Below are positions 24,536 to 36,500 of a stretch of DNA of 64,000 bases, one piece after another. The position numbers were made by a program, and so were the translations under genes. The DNA lies in the NCBI GenBank assembly GCA_051530055.1, contig JBMGUZ010000008.1, positions 9,813 to 73,812 of the forward strand, read 5' to 3'. Positions within the stretch are counted from its first letter, which is position 1; the number at the start of each line of letters is the position of its first letter. The DNA comes from Neoechinorhynchus agilis. Lineage: Eukaryota > Animalia > Acanthocephala. Below the pieces are notes generated by a model, which saw only the letters and a program-made list of their open reading frames with translations, was not told the origin of the DNA and searched no databases.

Positions 24536-24857
24536 TACGAATCTTAGCTAAAAATAATTCCGGTTCAGAGAAGAAATATTCAGACTTACTAAAATTCACA
24601 TCTAAAAGTTTTGACGAACCGAAACTACGCGAAGTGTTGTACAGTTTAACATCTCAGTATCATTCTGATTCTTGAAGAAAAATTCAAAAATACAAAATTG
24701 CTTAAATGAAATGATCCTTTCAAGTACAAACGGCTGCAAATATTAGGAAATCAGAAACGAAATACGATCTTTCGATCCATGTGAACAGAAACTTTTATTT
24801 TCACAGTCGTATTATCGCAAAAATTTGAATGATAAACTCGACCAAATCTTACCAACA

Positions 24858-25401
24858 TTCACACCACCGCTCTGTATCACTCAGCTGCCGTCCTATCGAC
24901 CCGTTGCACAGCCATGCTTATGTTTTGTAGGAAGAATGCTCCTGATCTCTGATGGCCAGTGATTCCTCCGAGTGGCTATACCAAAGGATCAGTGTCATGA
25001 CGCCAAAGGGAACTAAATAATGATTTCGACTCAGGTCCCGGTATTTTGTCTTTTTGCGGTCCTCAGCGACGGCCGCTGCTACCCCTGGTTTAATAGTGGC
25101 GAATTTTGTGTCGCTGGCTACACGGGGTGACACGGTCCGGTCTACGACTATGGAGTCTGCAAAGATTGTTCGGCTCTAGGATGTTGGGCTCGCGAACTGC
25201 TAACTCTCGCATCTCCGTCTGTGAGCTTCGAAGAAACTCGTCCAGCCAGCGACCGATATGAGTTTCGGCGGTGGTCACGCTCCTGGGTACACTCCTCACG
25301 TAGCTTGCATGCTGTCGAAAGGAATATAGTAAGGTCAGGGATCCCTCAGAAACATTATCCATCCACGACAACTCTGAGCTGGTCTCGATGTAGTCTGTCA
25401 A
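24858..25401 (-). mobile_element. CRE 3' fragment with the restriction-like endonuclease domain
   Basis: EPNIL...RRPDRVT, AAAVAEDRKKTKYRDL...YLVPFGV.TL and FFLQNISMAVQR across frameshifts. Confidence 0.8.
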
Positions 25402-25572
25402 TAAGGAGATGAATCGCTTTGCGGCCTGATATCGCGCGCCCCAGCGGAAAACGATAACCTAACAACTTAACCAACCAAAGTTGTAAAAAATGTACAAGAT
25501 CCACTGATACCTAAGGTACAAGAATCAATGACTTGTGCTTCTTCTTTTAAATAAAACGTGTTTATTATACAA

Positions 25573-27340
25573 TTAAAGTTCATCACTACCAATGGGTTTC
25601 CACTTGCAGTTATGACCTCTTCTAATTCTGCAATCCAGGGGATACTGCCAGTTTTTGTATTGTCGTTCCAAAAATTCCACCACCTTTGCTGGACCTTTCG
25701 GCGACCTGTTCTCGAAAACAATAGGTTTGGTTGGAAAAATCACATTCTTGTCATACTTAATCCCTTTGAACTGATAATCAATTGATTTCTCATTGTCAAT
25801 GAACCAGAAAATATCAACCGACAGTGTATTTTTATTGCTTACTTGAATATGGGTTTGCTTTTTTCCTCTAAAATTCTTAACTTTGCGTCCCCTTTGCTCC
25901 ACAAGAATTGTTTTGGCAAATGCCATGAAACGATCGTATTCCGTTGAGTTCACAATAAAATCTATATCGTCATCGTATGGAGTACAAGTGATTTCTTCAT
26001 TGGCTTTGAGATAAAAATAAAAAACGAAATTCATTTTAAGTTTTTACTGGCAAGCCGATATTGTTTTCATCATCATTAAATTTTAGTTTATTCCTTAACT
26101 TAAAATAGAATACAGCGCTCACCCTGAGTCGAAAAACTGGCTGAGTTTGAAATTTCGTAGTTGTGTCAAGGTGGTTAGTTGAATTTTTTTACAAACGATG
26201 TTCCCATCCGACCAAAACAGTAATGTACTCAATAATCAACAACCGCATTCATTGAACAACTCTGAACTCGGGTGCTCATGAGGACTAAAATATACATGGG
26301 TCCTATTCTTTGTCCAATAAGAAATAAACGTTTTAGTATAAACAGATTGATGATGAACCCGACAAGGTTCGAAAAGTTTTTAATAAAAAAATCATCTGGG
26401 TGAAGACTTCTAAGCAATACGTCTAGAAGCGGCCGAGGTGGTCGAGTGGAAAGCCAAAAGGGTTCAAACTTCACGATTGCCGATGATTCATAACCAAAGA
26501 GGACGAAATACCCGTTGAAGGGAACAAACTCACTGATGATTCTCGCCACCTCGGGAGGTATCTGAGAATCCGGAGGGATTCTTACAAACTCAAAACCGTA
26601 CAGTTCAACGTACTAAGTGTGATTTTGTGCGCTTCCCTGAACCAGATCGATAGGCTGTGTGCCAAGAAGGAAAAATTATCAGCCGTGAGACCAAACATAG
26701 ATACTATGGCTGACCAGACTTCAAAAAAATGGAAATATTCAAATGAGAAATCGACAAAAGAAAATCAACGAATGAATAAAGAGTGACCACGTGCTAGAAG
26801 ATTTTTCCGCAAAGATAAAAATACGAATACACTTTAAGAATAAATTCAGACTTCTATTGCGATTATATTTAATGAACTTCCAATAGCTTATATAGACATG
26901 AAGAAATCACCAATCTTAATGTGCCCTTTGTCTCGATATGCGCCTAAGACGCTGCCGCCTTCAAGACTATAAGAAAAGTTAAACTCTTCGAGAACATCCA
27001 ATACGTCGTAATAAGTTAAAATAAGATTGTGCCGACAGCAAGGAGGGGTATTCATCCTGAGTCTAAGTCTTCTATCGAAATGTGCCAGTTCCTTGCATCG
27101 CCGAGTATTCTGAGTACATCCCTGATACGTTTTGTTCGACTCATCAAATTCTATAAGTCTTACCAGATTTAAATTACGACTAAAGGCCACTTCGTCGCCA
27201 TTGATAGCTTGAAATCTAGGCTTCTTAAGATCCACGCTATTGTTGGAACGGAAGAGAGTGTAATTGGCTCGGTCGTAGTACCACCTGTAACCGTGAGCAA
27301 TGACGAGTGATAAGAAGCTAATGAACAAAACAATGATCAT
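25573..27340 (-). CDS. FKRP/LicD-family nucleotidyltransferase-like gene, split by an insertion inside the catalytic motif
   Basis: N-terminal hydrophobic anchor, GC...T.RC, TPPCC and YSLEGGSVLGAYRDKGHI (ends 26918), then PYDDDIDF (from 25980), LSVDIFWF and IFPT..I.F...PKGP...EFLE. Stop at 25573-25575 with AATAAA 7 nt downstream. Confidence 0.85.
25988..26910. mobile_element. Non-autonomous insertion with 13-bp perfect inverted repeats and flanking CAA direct repeats
   Basis: gtgatttcttcat (25988-26000) pairs with atgaagaaatcac (26898-26910). CAA occurs at 25985-25987 and 26911-26913. No transposase motif recognised inside. Confidence 0.7.
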
Positions 27341-27568
27341 TTAGAGTTTCGTCGACGTTGAAATGATAGGACCGAAAACAATGTCGACTAGAGATTCAGA
27401 AAACATAGAGAACGCAATTTAAGATCCATAATAACCATTCAGTCTCACAAAATGGCGTAAAACATTGTCGAACTACATAACCTACACGTACACACATTGA
27501 TAACCGAAAGGCCGAAAACATCGCCAAAAACTTAATCATGCGACCAAAAATAAAGTCGCGCTTCTATC

Positions 27569-30500
27569 CTGCATTTTCAGCGATCACGTAAATCTTGGAC
27601 AAAAATTTATATAAACAAAAAAGGACCAAATAAAAATATCGGAGATTCGGGAAAAGCTTCAGTCATCCGATGCCCCACCATGCATTTTCAGCCATCACGC
27701 GAATACACGGAAAATTAATCCTTGACTTAGACTATGGAAACGATATCTAAGCTCATAAAATAAAAATATTAAAATCACAAAAAATAGTTAAATACAAATA
27801 TCGTAGATTCGGGAAAAGCCTCAGTCATCCGTTGCGCTATCATGCATTTTCAGCAATCACGCGAATATACGGAAATTTCATCCTCGACTTGGACTATAGA
27901 AACGATATCTAAGCTCATAAAATAAAAATATTAAAATCACAAAAAATAGTAAAATACAAATATCGTAGATTCGGGAAAAACCTCAGTCATCCGTTGCGCC
28001 ATCATGCATTTTCAGCAATCACGCGAATATACGGAAATTTTATCATCGACTTGGACTATAGAAACCATATCTAAGCTCATAAAATAAAAATATTAAAATC
28101 ACAAAAAAAGTTAAATACAAATATCGTAGATTCGGGAAAAACCTCAGTCATCCGTTGCGCCATTATGAATTTTCAGCAATCACGCGAATATACGGAAATT
28201 TTATCCTCGACTTGGACTATAGAAACCATATCTAAGCTCATAAAATAAAAATATTAAAATCACAAAAAATAGTTAAATACAAATATCGTAGATTCGGGAA
28301 AAGCCTCAGTCATCCGTTGCGCCATTATGAATTTTCAGCAATCACGCGAATATACGGAAATTTCATCCTCGACTTGGACTATAGAAACCATATCTAAGCT
28401 CATAAAAAGAAAATATTAAAATCACAAAAAATAGTTAAATAATAATATCGTAGATTCCTGAAAAACCTCAGTCATCCGTTGCGCCTTTATGAATTTTCAG
28501 CAATCACGCGAATATACGGAAATTTCATCCTTGACTTGGACTATAGAAACCATATCTAAGCTCATAAAATAAAAATATTAAAATAACAAAAAATAGTTAA
28601 ATACAAATATCGTAGATTCGGGAAAAGCCTCAGTCATCCGTTGCGCCATTATGAATTTTCAGCAATCACGCGAATATGCGGAAATTTCATCCTCGACTTG
28701 GACTATAGAAACCATATCTAAGCTCATAAAATAAAAATATTAAAATAACAAAAAATAGTTAAATACAAATATCGTAGATTCGGGAAAAGCCTCAGTCATC
28801 CGTTGCGCCATTATGAATTTTCAGCAATCACGCGAATATGCGGAAATTTCATCCTCGACTTGGACTATAGAAACCATATCTAAGCTCATAAAATAAAAAT
28901 ATTAAAATCACAAAAAATAGTTAAATACAAATATCGTAGATTCGGGAAAAGCCTCAGTCATCCGTTGCGCCATTATGCATTTTCAGCAATCACGCGAATA
29001 TACGGAAATTTCATCCTCGACTTGGACTATAGAAACCATATCTAAGCTCATAAAATAAAAATATTAAAATAACAAAAAATAGTTAAATACAAATATCGTA
29101 GATTCGCGAAAAGCCTCAGTCATCCGTTGCGCCATTATGAATTTTCAGCAATCACGCGAATATGCGGAAATTTCATCCTCGACTTGGACTATAGAAACCA
29201 TATCTAAGCTCATAAAATAAAAATATTAAAATAACAAAAAATAGTTAAATACAAATATCGTAGATTCGGGAAAAGCCTCAGTCATCCGTTGCGCCATTAT
29301 GAATTTTCAGCAATCACGCGAATATGCGGAAATTTCATCCTCGACTTGGACTATAGAAACCATATCTAAGCTCATAAAATAAAAATATTAAAATAACAAA
29401 AAATAGTTAAATACAAATATCGTAGATTCGGGAAAAGCCTCAGTCATCCGTTGCGCCATTATGAATTTTCAGCAATCACGCGAATATACGGAAATTTCAT
29501 CCTCGACTTGGACTATAGAAACCATATCTAAGCTCATAAAATAAAAATATTAAAATCACAAAAAATAGTTAAATACAAATATCGTAGATTCGGGAAAAGC
29601 CTCAGTCATCCGTTGCGCCATTATGAATTTTCAGCAATCACGCGAATATACGGAAATTTCATCCTCGACTTGGACTATAGAAACCATATCTAAGCTCATA
29701 AAATAAAAATATTAAAATAACAAAAAATAGTTAAATACAAATATCGTAGATTCGGGAAAAGCCTCAGTCATCCGTTGCGCCATGTTTTCAGCAATCACGC
29801 GAATATACGGAAATTTCATCCTCGACTTGGACTATAGAAACCATATCTAAGCTCATAAAATAAAAATATTAAAATAACAAAAAATAGTTAAATACAAATA
29901 TCGTAGATTCGGGAAAAGCCTCAGTCATCCGTTGCGCCATTATGAATTTTCAGCAATCACGCGAATATACGGAAATTTCATCCTCGACTTGGACTATAGA
30001 AACCATATCTAAGCTCATAAAATAAAAATATTAAAATCACAAAAAATAGTTAAATACAAATATCGTAGATTCGGGAAAAGCCTCAGTCATCCGTTGCGCC
30101 ATCATGCATTTTCAGCAATCACGCGAATATACGGAAATTTCATCCTCGACTTGGACTATAGAAACCATATCTAAGCTCATAAAATAAAAATATTAAAATA
30201 ACAAAAAATAGTTAAATACAAATATCGTAGATTCGGGAAAAGCCTCAGTCATCCGTTGCGCCATTATGCATTTTCAGCAATCACGCGAATATACGGAAAT
30301 TTCATCCTCGACTTGGACTATAGAAACCATATCTAAGCTCATAAAATAAAAATATTAAAATCAAAAAAATAGTTAAATACAAATATCGTAGATTCGGGAA
30401 AAGCCTCAGTCATCCGTTGCGCCATTATGAATTTTCAGCAATCACGCGAATATACGGAAATTTCATCCTCGACTTGGACTATAGAAACCATATCTAAGCT

Positions 30501-33500
30501 CATAAAATAAAAATATTAAAATCACAAAAAATAGTTAAATACAAATATCGTAGATTCGGGAAAAGCCTCAGTCATCCGTTGCGCCATCATGCATTTTCAG
30601 CAATCACGCGAATATACGGAAATTTCATCCTCGACTTGGACTATAGAAACCATATCTAAGCTCATAAAACAAAAAAATATTGAAGTCCAAAAAATAGTTA
30701 AGTGCAAATATAGTAGATTCGGGAAAAACCTCAGTCATCCGTTGCGCCATTATGAATTTTCAGCAATCACGCGAATATACGGAAATTTCATCCTCGACTT
30801 GGACTATAGAAACCATATCTAAGCTCATAAAACAAAAAAATATTGAAGTCCAAAAAATAGTTAAGTGCAAATATAGTAGATTCGGGAAAAACCTCAGTCA
30901 TCCGTTGCGCCATTATGAATTTTCAGCAATCACGCGAATATACGGAAATTTCATCCTCGACTTGGACTATAGAAACCATATCTAAGCTCATAAAACAAAA
31001 AAAATATTGAAGTCCAAAAAATAGTTAAGTGCAAATATAGTAGATTCGGGAAAAACCTCAGTCATCCGTTGCGCCATTATGAATTTTCAGCAATCACGCG
31101 AATATACGGAAATTTCATCCTCGACTTGGACTATAGAAACCATATCTAAGCTCATAAAATAAAAATATTAAAATAACAAAAAATAGTTAAATACAAATAT
31201 CGTAGATTCGGGAAAAACCTCAGTCATCCGTTGCGCCATTATGAATTTTCAGCAATCACGCGAATATACGGAAATTTCATCCTCGACTTGGACTATAGAA
31301 ACCATATCTAAGCTCATAAAATAAAAATATTAAAATAACAAAAAATAGTTAAATACAAATATCGTAGATTCGGGAAAAGCCTCAGTCATCCGTTGCGCCA
31401 TTATGAATTTTCAGCAATTACGCGAATATGCGGAAATTTCATCCTCGACTTGGACTATAGAAACCATATCTAAGCTCATAAAATAAAAATATTAAAATCA
31501 CAAAAAATAGTTAAATACAAATATCGTAGATTCGGGAAAAGCCTCAGTCATCCGTTGCGCCATCATGCATTTTCAGCAATCACGCAAATATACGGAAATT
31601 TCATCCTCGACTTGGACTATAGAAACCATATCTAAGCTCATAGAATAAAAATATTAAAATAAAAACAAAAGTTAAATACAAATATGGTAGATTCGGGAAA
31701 AGCCTCAGTCATCCGGTGCGCCATCATGCATTTTCAGCAATCACGCAAATATACGGAAATTTTTATCCTCGACTTGGGCTACAGAAACCATATCTAAGCT
31801 CATAGAATAAAAATATTAAAATCACAAAAAATAGTTAAATACAAATATCGTAGATTCGGGAAAAGCCTCAGTCATCCGTTGCGCAATTATGAATTTTCAG
31901 CAATCACACAAATATACGGAAATTTTTATCCTCGACTTGGACTATAGAAACCTTATCTAAGCTCATAAAATAAAAATATTAAAATCACAAAAAATAGTTA
32001 AATACAAATATCGTAGATTCGGGAAAAGCCTCTGTCATCCGTTGCGCCATCATGCATTTTCAGCAACCACGCGAATATGCGGAAATTTCATCCTCGACTT
32101 GGACTATAGAAACGATATCTAAGCTCATTAAACAAGAAAAAATATTTAAATAAAAAAAATAGTTAAATAAAAATATCGATGATTCAGGAAAAGCCTCAAG
32201 CTCATTAAACAAGAAAAAATATTTAAATCAAAAAAATAGTTAAATACAAATATCGTAGATTCGGGAAAAGCATCTGTCATCCGTTGCGCCATCATGCATT
32301 TTCAGCAATATCGCGAATATACGGAAATTTCATCCTCGACTTGGACTATAGAAACCATATCTAAGCTCATAAAACAAAAAAATATTTAAATCCAAAAAAT
32401 AGTTAAATACAAATATCGTAGATTCGGGAAAAGCCTCTGTCATCCGTTGCGCCATCATGCATTTTCAGCAATCACGCGAATATACGGAAATTTCATCCTC
32501 GATTGGACTATAGAAACCATATCTAAGCTCATTAAACAAGAAAAAATATTCAAATAAAAAAAATAGTTAAATACAAATATGGTAGATTCGGGAAAAGCCT
32601 CAGTCATCCGGTGCGCCATCATGCATTTTCAGCAATCACGCAAATATACGGAAATTTTTATCCTCGACTTGGACTACAGAAACCATATCTAAGCTCATTA
32701 AAAAAAAATATTGAAGTCCAAAAAATAGTTAAGTGCAAATATAGTAGATTCGGGAAAAACCTCAGTCATCCGTTGCGCCATCATGCATTTTCAGCAATCA
32801 CGCAAATATACGGAAATTTTTATCCTCGACTTGGACTATACAAACCATATCTAAGCTCATAGAATAAAAATAATAAAATCACAAAAAATAGTTAAATACA
32901 AATATCGTAGATTCGGGAAAAACCTCAGTCATCCGTTGCGCCATCATGCATTTTCAGCAATCACGCAAATATACGGAAATTTTTATCCTCGACTTGGACT
33001 ACAGAAACCATATCTAAGCTCATAGAATAAAAATATAAAAATCACAAAAAATAGTTAAATACAAATATCGTAGATTCGGGAAAAGCCTCTGTCATCCGTT
33101 GCGCTATCATGCATTTTCAGCAATCACGCGAATATACGGAAATTTCATCCTCGACTTGGACTATAGAAGCGATATCTAAGCTCATTAAACAAAAAAAATA
33201 TTGAAGTCCAAAAAATAGTTAAGGGCAAATATAGTAGATTCGGGAAAAACCTTTGTCATCCGTTGCGCCATCATGCATTTTCAGCAATCACGCAAATATA
33301 CGGAAATTTTTATCCTCGACTTGGACTATAGAAACCATATCTAAGCTCATAAAATAAAAATATAAAAATCACAAAAAATAGTTAAATACAAATATCGTAG
33401 ATTCGGGAAAAGCCTCAGTCATCCGTTGCGCCTTTATGAATTTTCAGCAATCACGCGAATATACGGAAATTTCATCCTCGACTTGGACTATAGAAACCAT

Positions 33501-36500
33501 ATCTAAGCTCATAAAATAAAAATATTAAAATCACAAAAAATAGTTAAATACAAATATCGTAGATTCGGGAAAAGCCTCAGTCATCCGTTGCGCAATTATG
33601 AATTTTCAGCAATCACACAAATATACGGAAATTTTTATCCTCGACTTGGACTATAGAAACCTTATCTAAGCTCATAAAATAAAAATATTAAAATCACAAA
33701 AAATAGTTAAATACTAATATCGTAGATTCGGGAAAAGCCTCAGTCATCCGTTGCGCCATTATGAATTTTCAGCAATCACGCGAATATAAGGAAATTTCAT
33801 TCTCGACTTGGACTATAGAAACCATATCTACGCTCATAAAATAAAAACTATTAAAATCACAAAAAATAGTTAAACACAAATATCGTAGATTCGGGAAAAG
33901 CCTCAGTCATACGCTGCGCTATCATGCCTTTTCAGCAATCACGCGAATATACGGAAATTTCATCCTCGACTTGGACTCAATAAACGAAATACAAGCTCAT
34001 AAAACAAGAAAAAATATTCAAATCAAAAAAATAGTTTAATAAAAATACCGATGATTCGGGAAAAGCCTCAGTCATCCGTTGCGCCATCATGCATTTTCAG
34101 CAACCACGCGAATATGCGGAAATTTCATCCTCGACTTGGACTATAGAAACGATATCTAAGCTCATTAAACAAGAAAAAATATTTAAATCAAAAAAATAGT
34201 TAAATAAAAATATCGATGATTCAGGAAAAGCCTCAAGCTCATTAAACAGGAAAAAATATTTAAATCAAAAAAATAGTTAAATACAAATATCGTAGATTCG
34301 GGAAAAGCCTCTGTCATCCGTTGCGCCATTATGCATTTTCAGCAATCACGCGAATATACGGAAATTTCATCCTCGACTTGGACTATAGAAACCATATCTA
34401 AGCTCATTAAACAAGAAAAAATATTTAAATAAAAAAAATAGTTAAATACAAATATCATAGATTCGGGAAAAGCCTCTGTCATCCGTTGCGCCATCATGCA
34501 TTTTCCGGAATCACGCGAATATACAGAAATTTCATCCTCGACTTGGACTATACAAACGATATCTAAGCTCATTCAAAAAGGAAAAATATTTTAATCAAAA
34601 AATAGTTAAATACAAATATCGTAGATTCGGGAAAAGCCTCAGTCATCCGTTGCGCCATCATGCATTTTCAGGAATCACGCGAACAAACGGAAATTTCATC
34701 CTCGACTTCGACTATAGAAACGATATCTAACCTCAATAAACAAGAAAAAATATTTAAATAAAAAAAAATAGTTAAATAAAAATATCGTAGATTCGGGAAA
34801 AGCCTCAGTCATTCGTCGCGCCATCATGCATTTTCAGCAATCACGCGAATAAACATAAATTTCATCCTCGAATTGGAAAATAGAAACGATATCTAAGCTC
34901 ATTGAACAAGAAAAAATAAACAAATCAAAAAAATAGTTAAATACAAATATCGTAGATTCTGGAAAAGACCCAGTCATCCGTTGCGCAATCATGCATTTTC
35001 AGCAATCACGCGAATAGACGGAAATTTCATCGTCGACTTGGACAATAGAAACGATATCAAAGCTCATTAAAAAAGAAAAAATATTTAAATCAAAAAAATA
35101 GTTAAATACAAATATCGTAGATTCGGAAAAGGCTTTAGTCATCCGTTGCGCCATCATGCATTTTCAGCAATCACGCGAATGTACGGAAATTTCATCCTCG
35201 ACTTGGACTATAGAAACGATATCTAAGTCATTAGAAAAGAAAAAATATTTAAATAAAAAAAATAGTTAAATACAAATATCGTAGATTCGGGAAAAGCCTC
35301 AGTCACCCGTTTCGCCATCATGCATTTTCAGCAATCACGCGAATATACGGAAATTTCATCCTCAACTTGGACTATAGAAACGATATCTAAGCTCATTAAA
35401 CAAATAAATATTCAAGTCCAAAAAATCGTTAAATACAAATATCGTAGATTCGGGAAAAAGCCTCAGCAATCCGTCGCGCCATCATGCATTTTCAGCAATC
35501 ACGCGAACAAACGGAAATTTCATCCTCGACTTGGACTATAGAAACCATATCAAAGCTATTTAAACAAGAAAAAATATTTAAATCAAAAAAATAGTTAAAT
35601 ACAAATATCGTAGATTCGGGAAAAGCCTCAGTCATCCGTTGCGCCATCATGCCTTTTCAGCAATCACGCGAATATACGGAAATTTCATCCTCGACTTGGA
35701 CTATAGAAACCATATCTAAGCTCATAAAACAAGAAAAAATATTTAAATCAAAAAAATAGTTAAATAAAAATATCGATGATTCAGGAAAAGCCTCAAGCTC
35801 ATTAAACAAGAAAAAATATTTTAATCAAAAAAATAGATAAACACAAATATCGTATATTCGGGAAAAGCCTCAGTCATCCGTTGCGCCATCATGCATTTTC
35901 AGCAATATCGCGAATATACGGAAATTTCATCCTCGACTTGGACTATAGAAACCATATCTAAGCTCATAAAACAAGAAAATATTTAAATCCAAAAAATAGT
36001 TAAATACAAATATCGTAGATTCGGGAAAAGCCTCTGTCATCCGTTGCGCCATCATGCATTTTCAGCAATCACGCGAATATACGGAAATTTCATCCTCGAC
36101 TTGGACAATAGAAACGATATCTAGGCTCATTAAACAAAAAATATTTAAATCCAAAAAAATGAATACAAATATCGCAGATTCGGGAAAAGCCTCAGTCATC
36201 CGTTGCGCCATCATGCATTTTCAGCAATCACGCGAATATACGGAAATTTCTTCCTCGACTTGGACTATAGAAACGATATCTAAGCTCATTAAAAAAGAAA
36301 AAATATTTAAATAAAAAAAATAGTTAAATACAAATATCATAGATTCGGGAAAAGCCTCTGTCATCCGTTGCGCCATCATGCATTTTCAGCAATCACGCGA
36401 ATATACGGAAATTTCATCCTCGACTTGGACAATAGAAACGATATCTAGGCTCATTAAACAAAAAATATTTAAATCAAAAAAATAGTTAAATACAAATATC

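Noticed and set aside
24815-24860. Spliced-leader-RNA-like signals (GGTAAG donor and AAATTTTTG Sm-like site on the minus strand) just 3' of the CRE end
   Set aside because: The motifs are short, only ~26 nt apart, present in a single copy, with no convincing stem-loops or known leader sequence. Expected by chance in AT-rich DNA.
26229-26549. ORF inside the insertion sharing IPPEVA...SEF with the TERT-like exon
   Set aside because: The codons differ and the similarity does not extend; no transposase motif. Treated as coincidence.
1318-27343. Alternative genetic code (TAA/TAG as sense), suggested by repeated single in-frame stops at 1318, 3022, 6599, 14874, ~17047 and 27341
   Set aside because: ORFs of 553 and 702 codons contain no TAA/TAG and use CAA/CAG for Gln. 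Other stops fall at conserved Trp positions (16038; DAFSH* in the minus-strand integrase), and the FKRP-like TAA is followed by AATAAA. Ordinary nonsense decay explains the pattern.
28608-28624. CENP-B box-like motif atcgtagattcggga in each monomer
   Set aside because: It matches TTCG-N4-A-N2-CGGG only with a 1-nt gap plus a mismatch, and the functional box has strict spacing.
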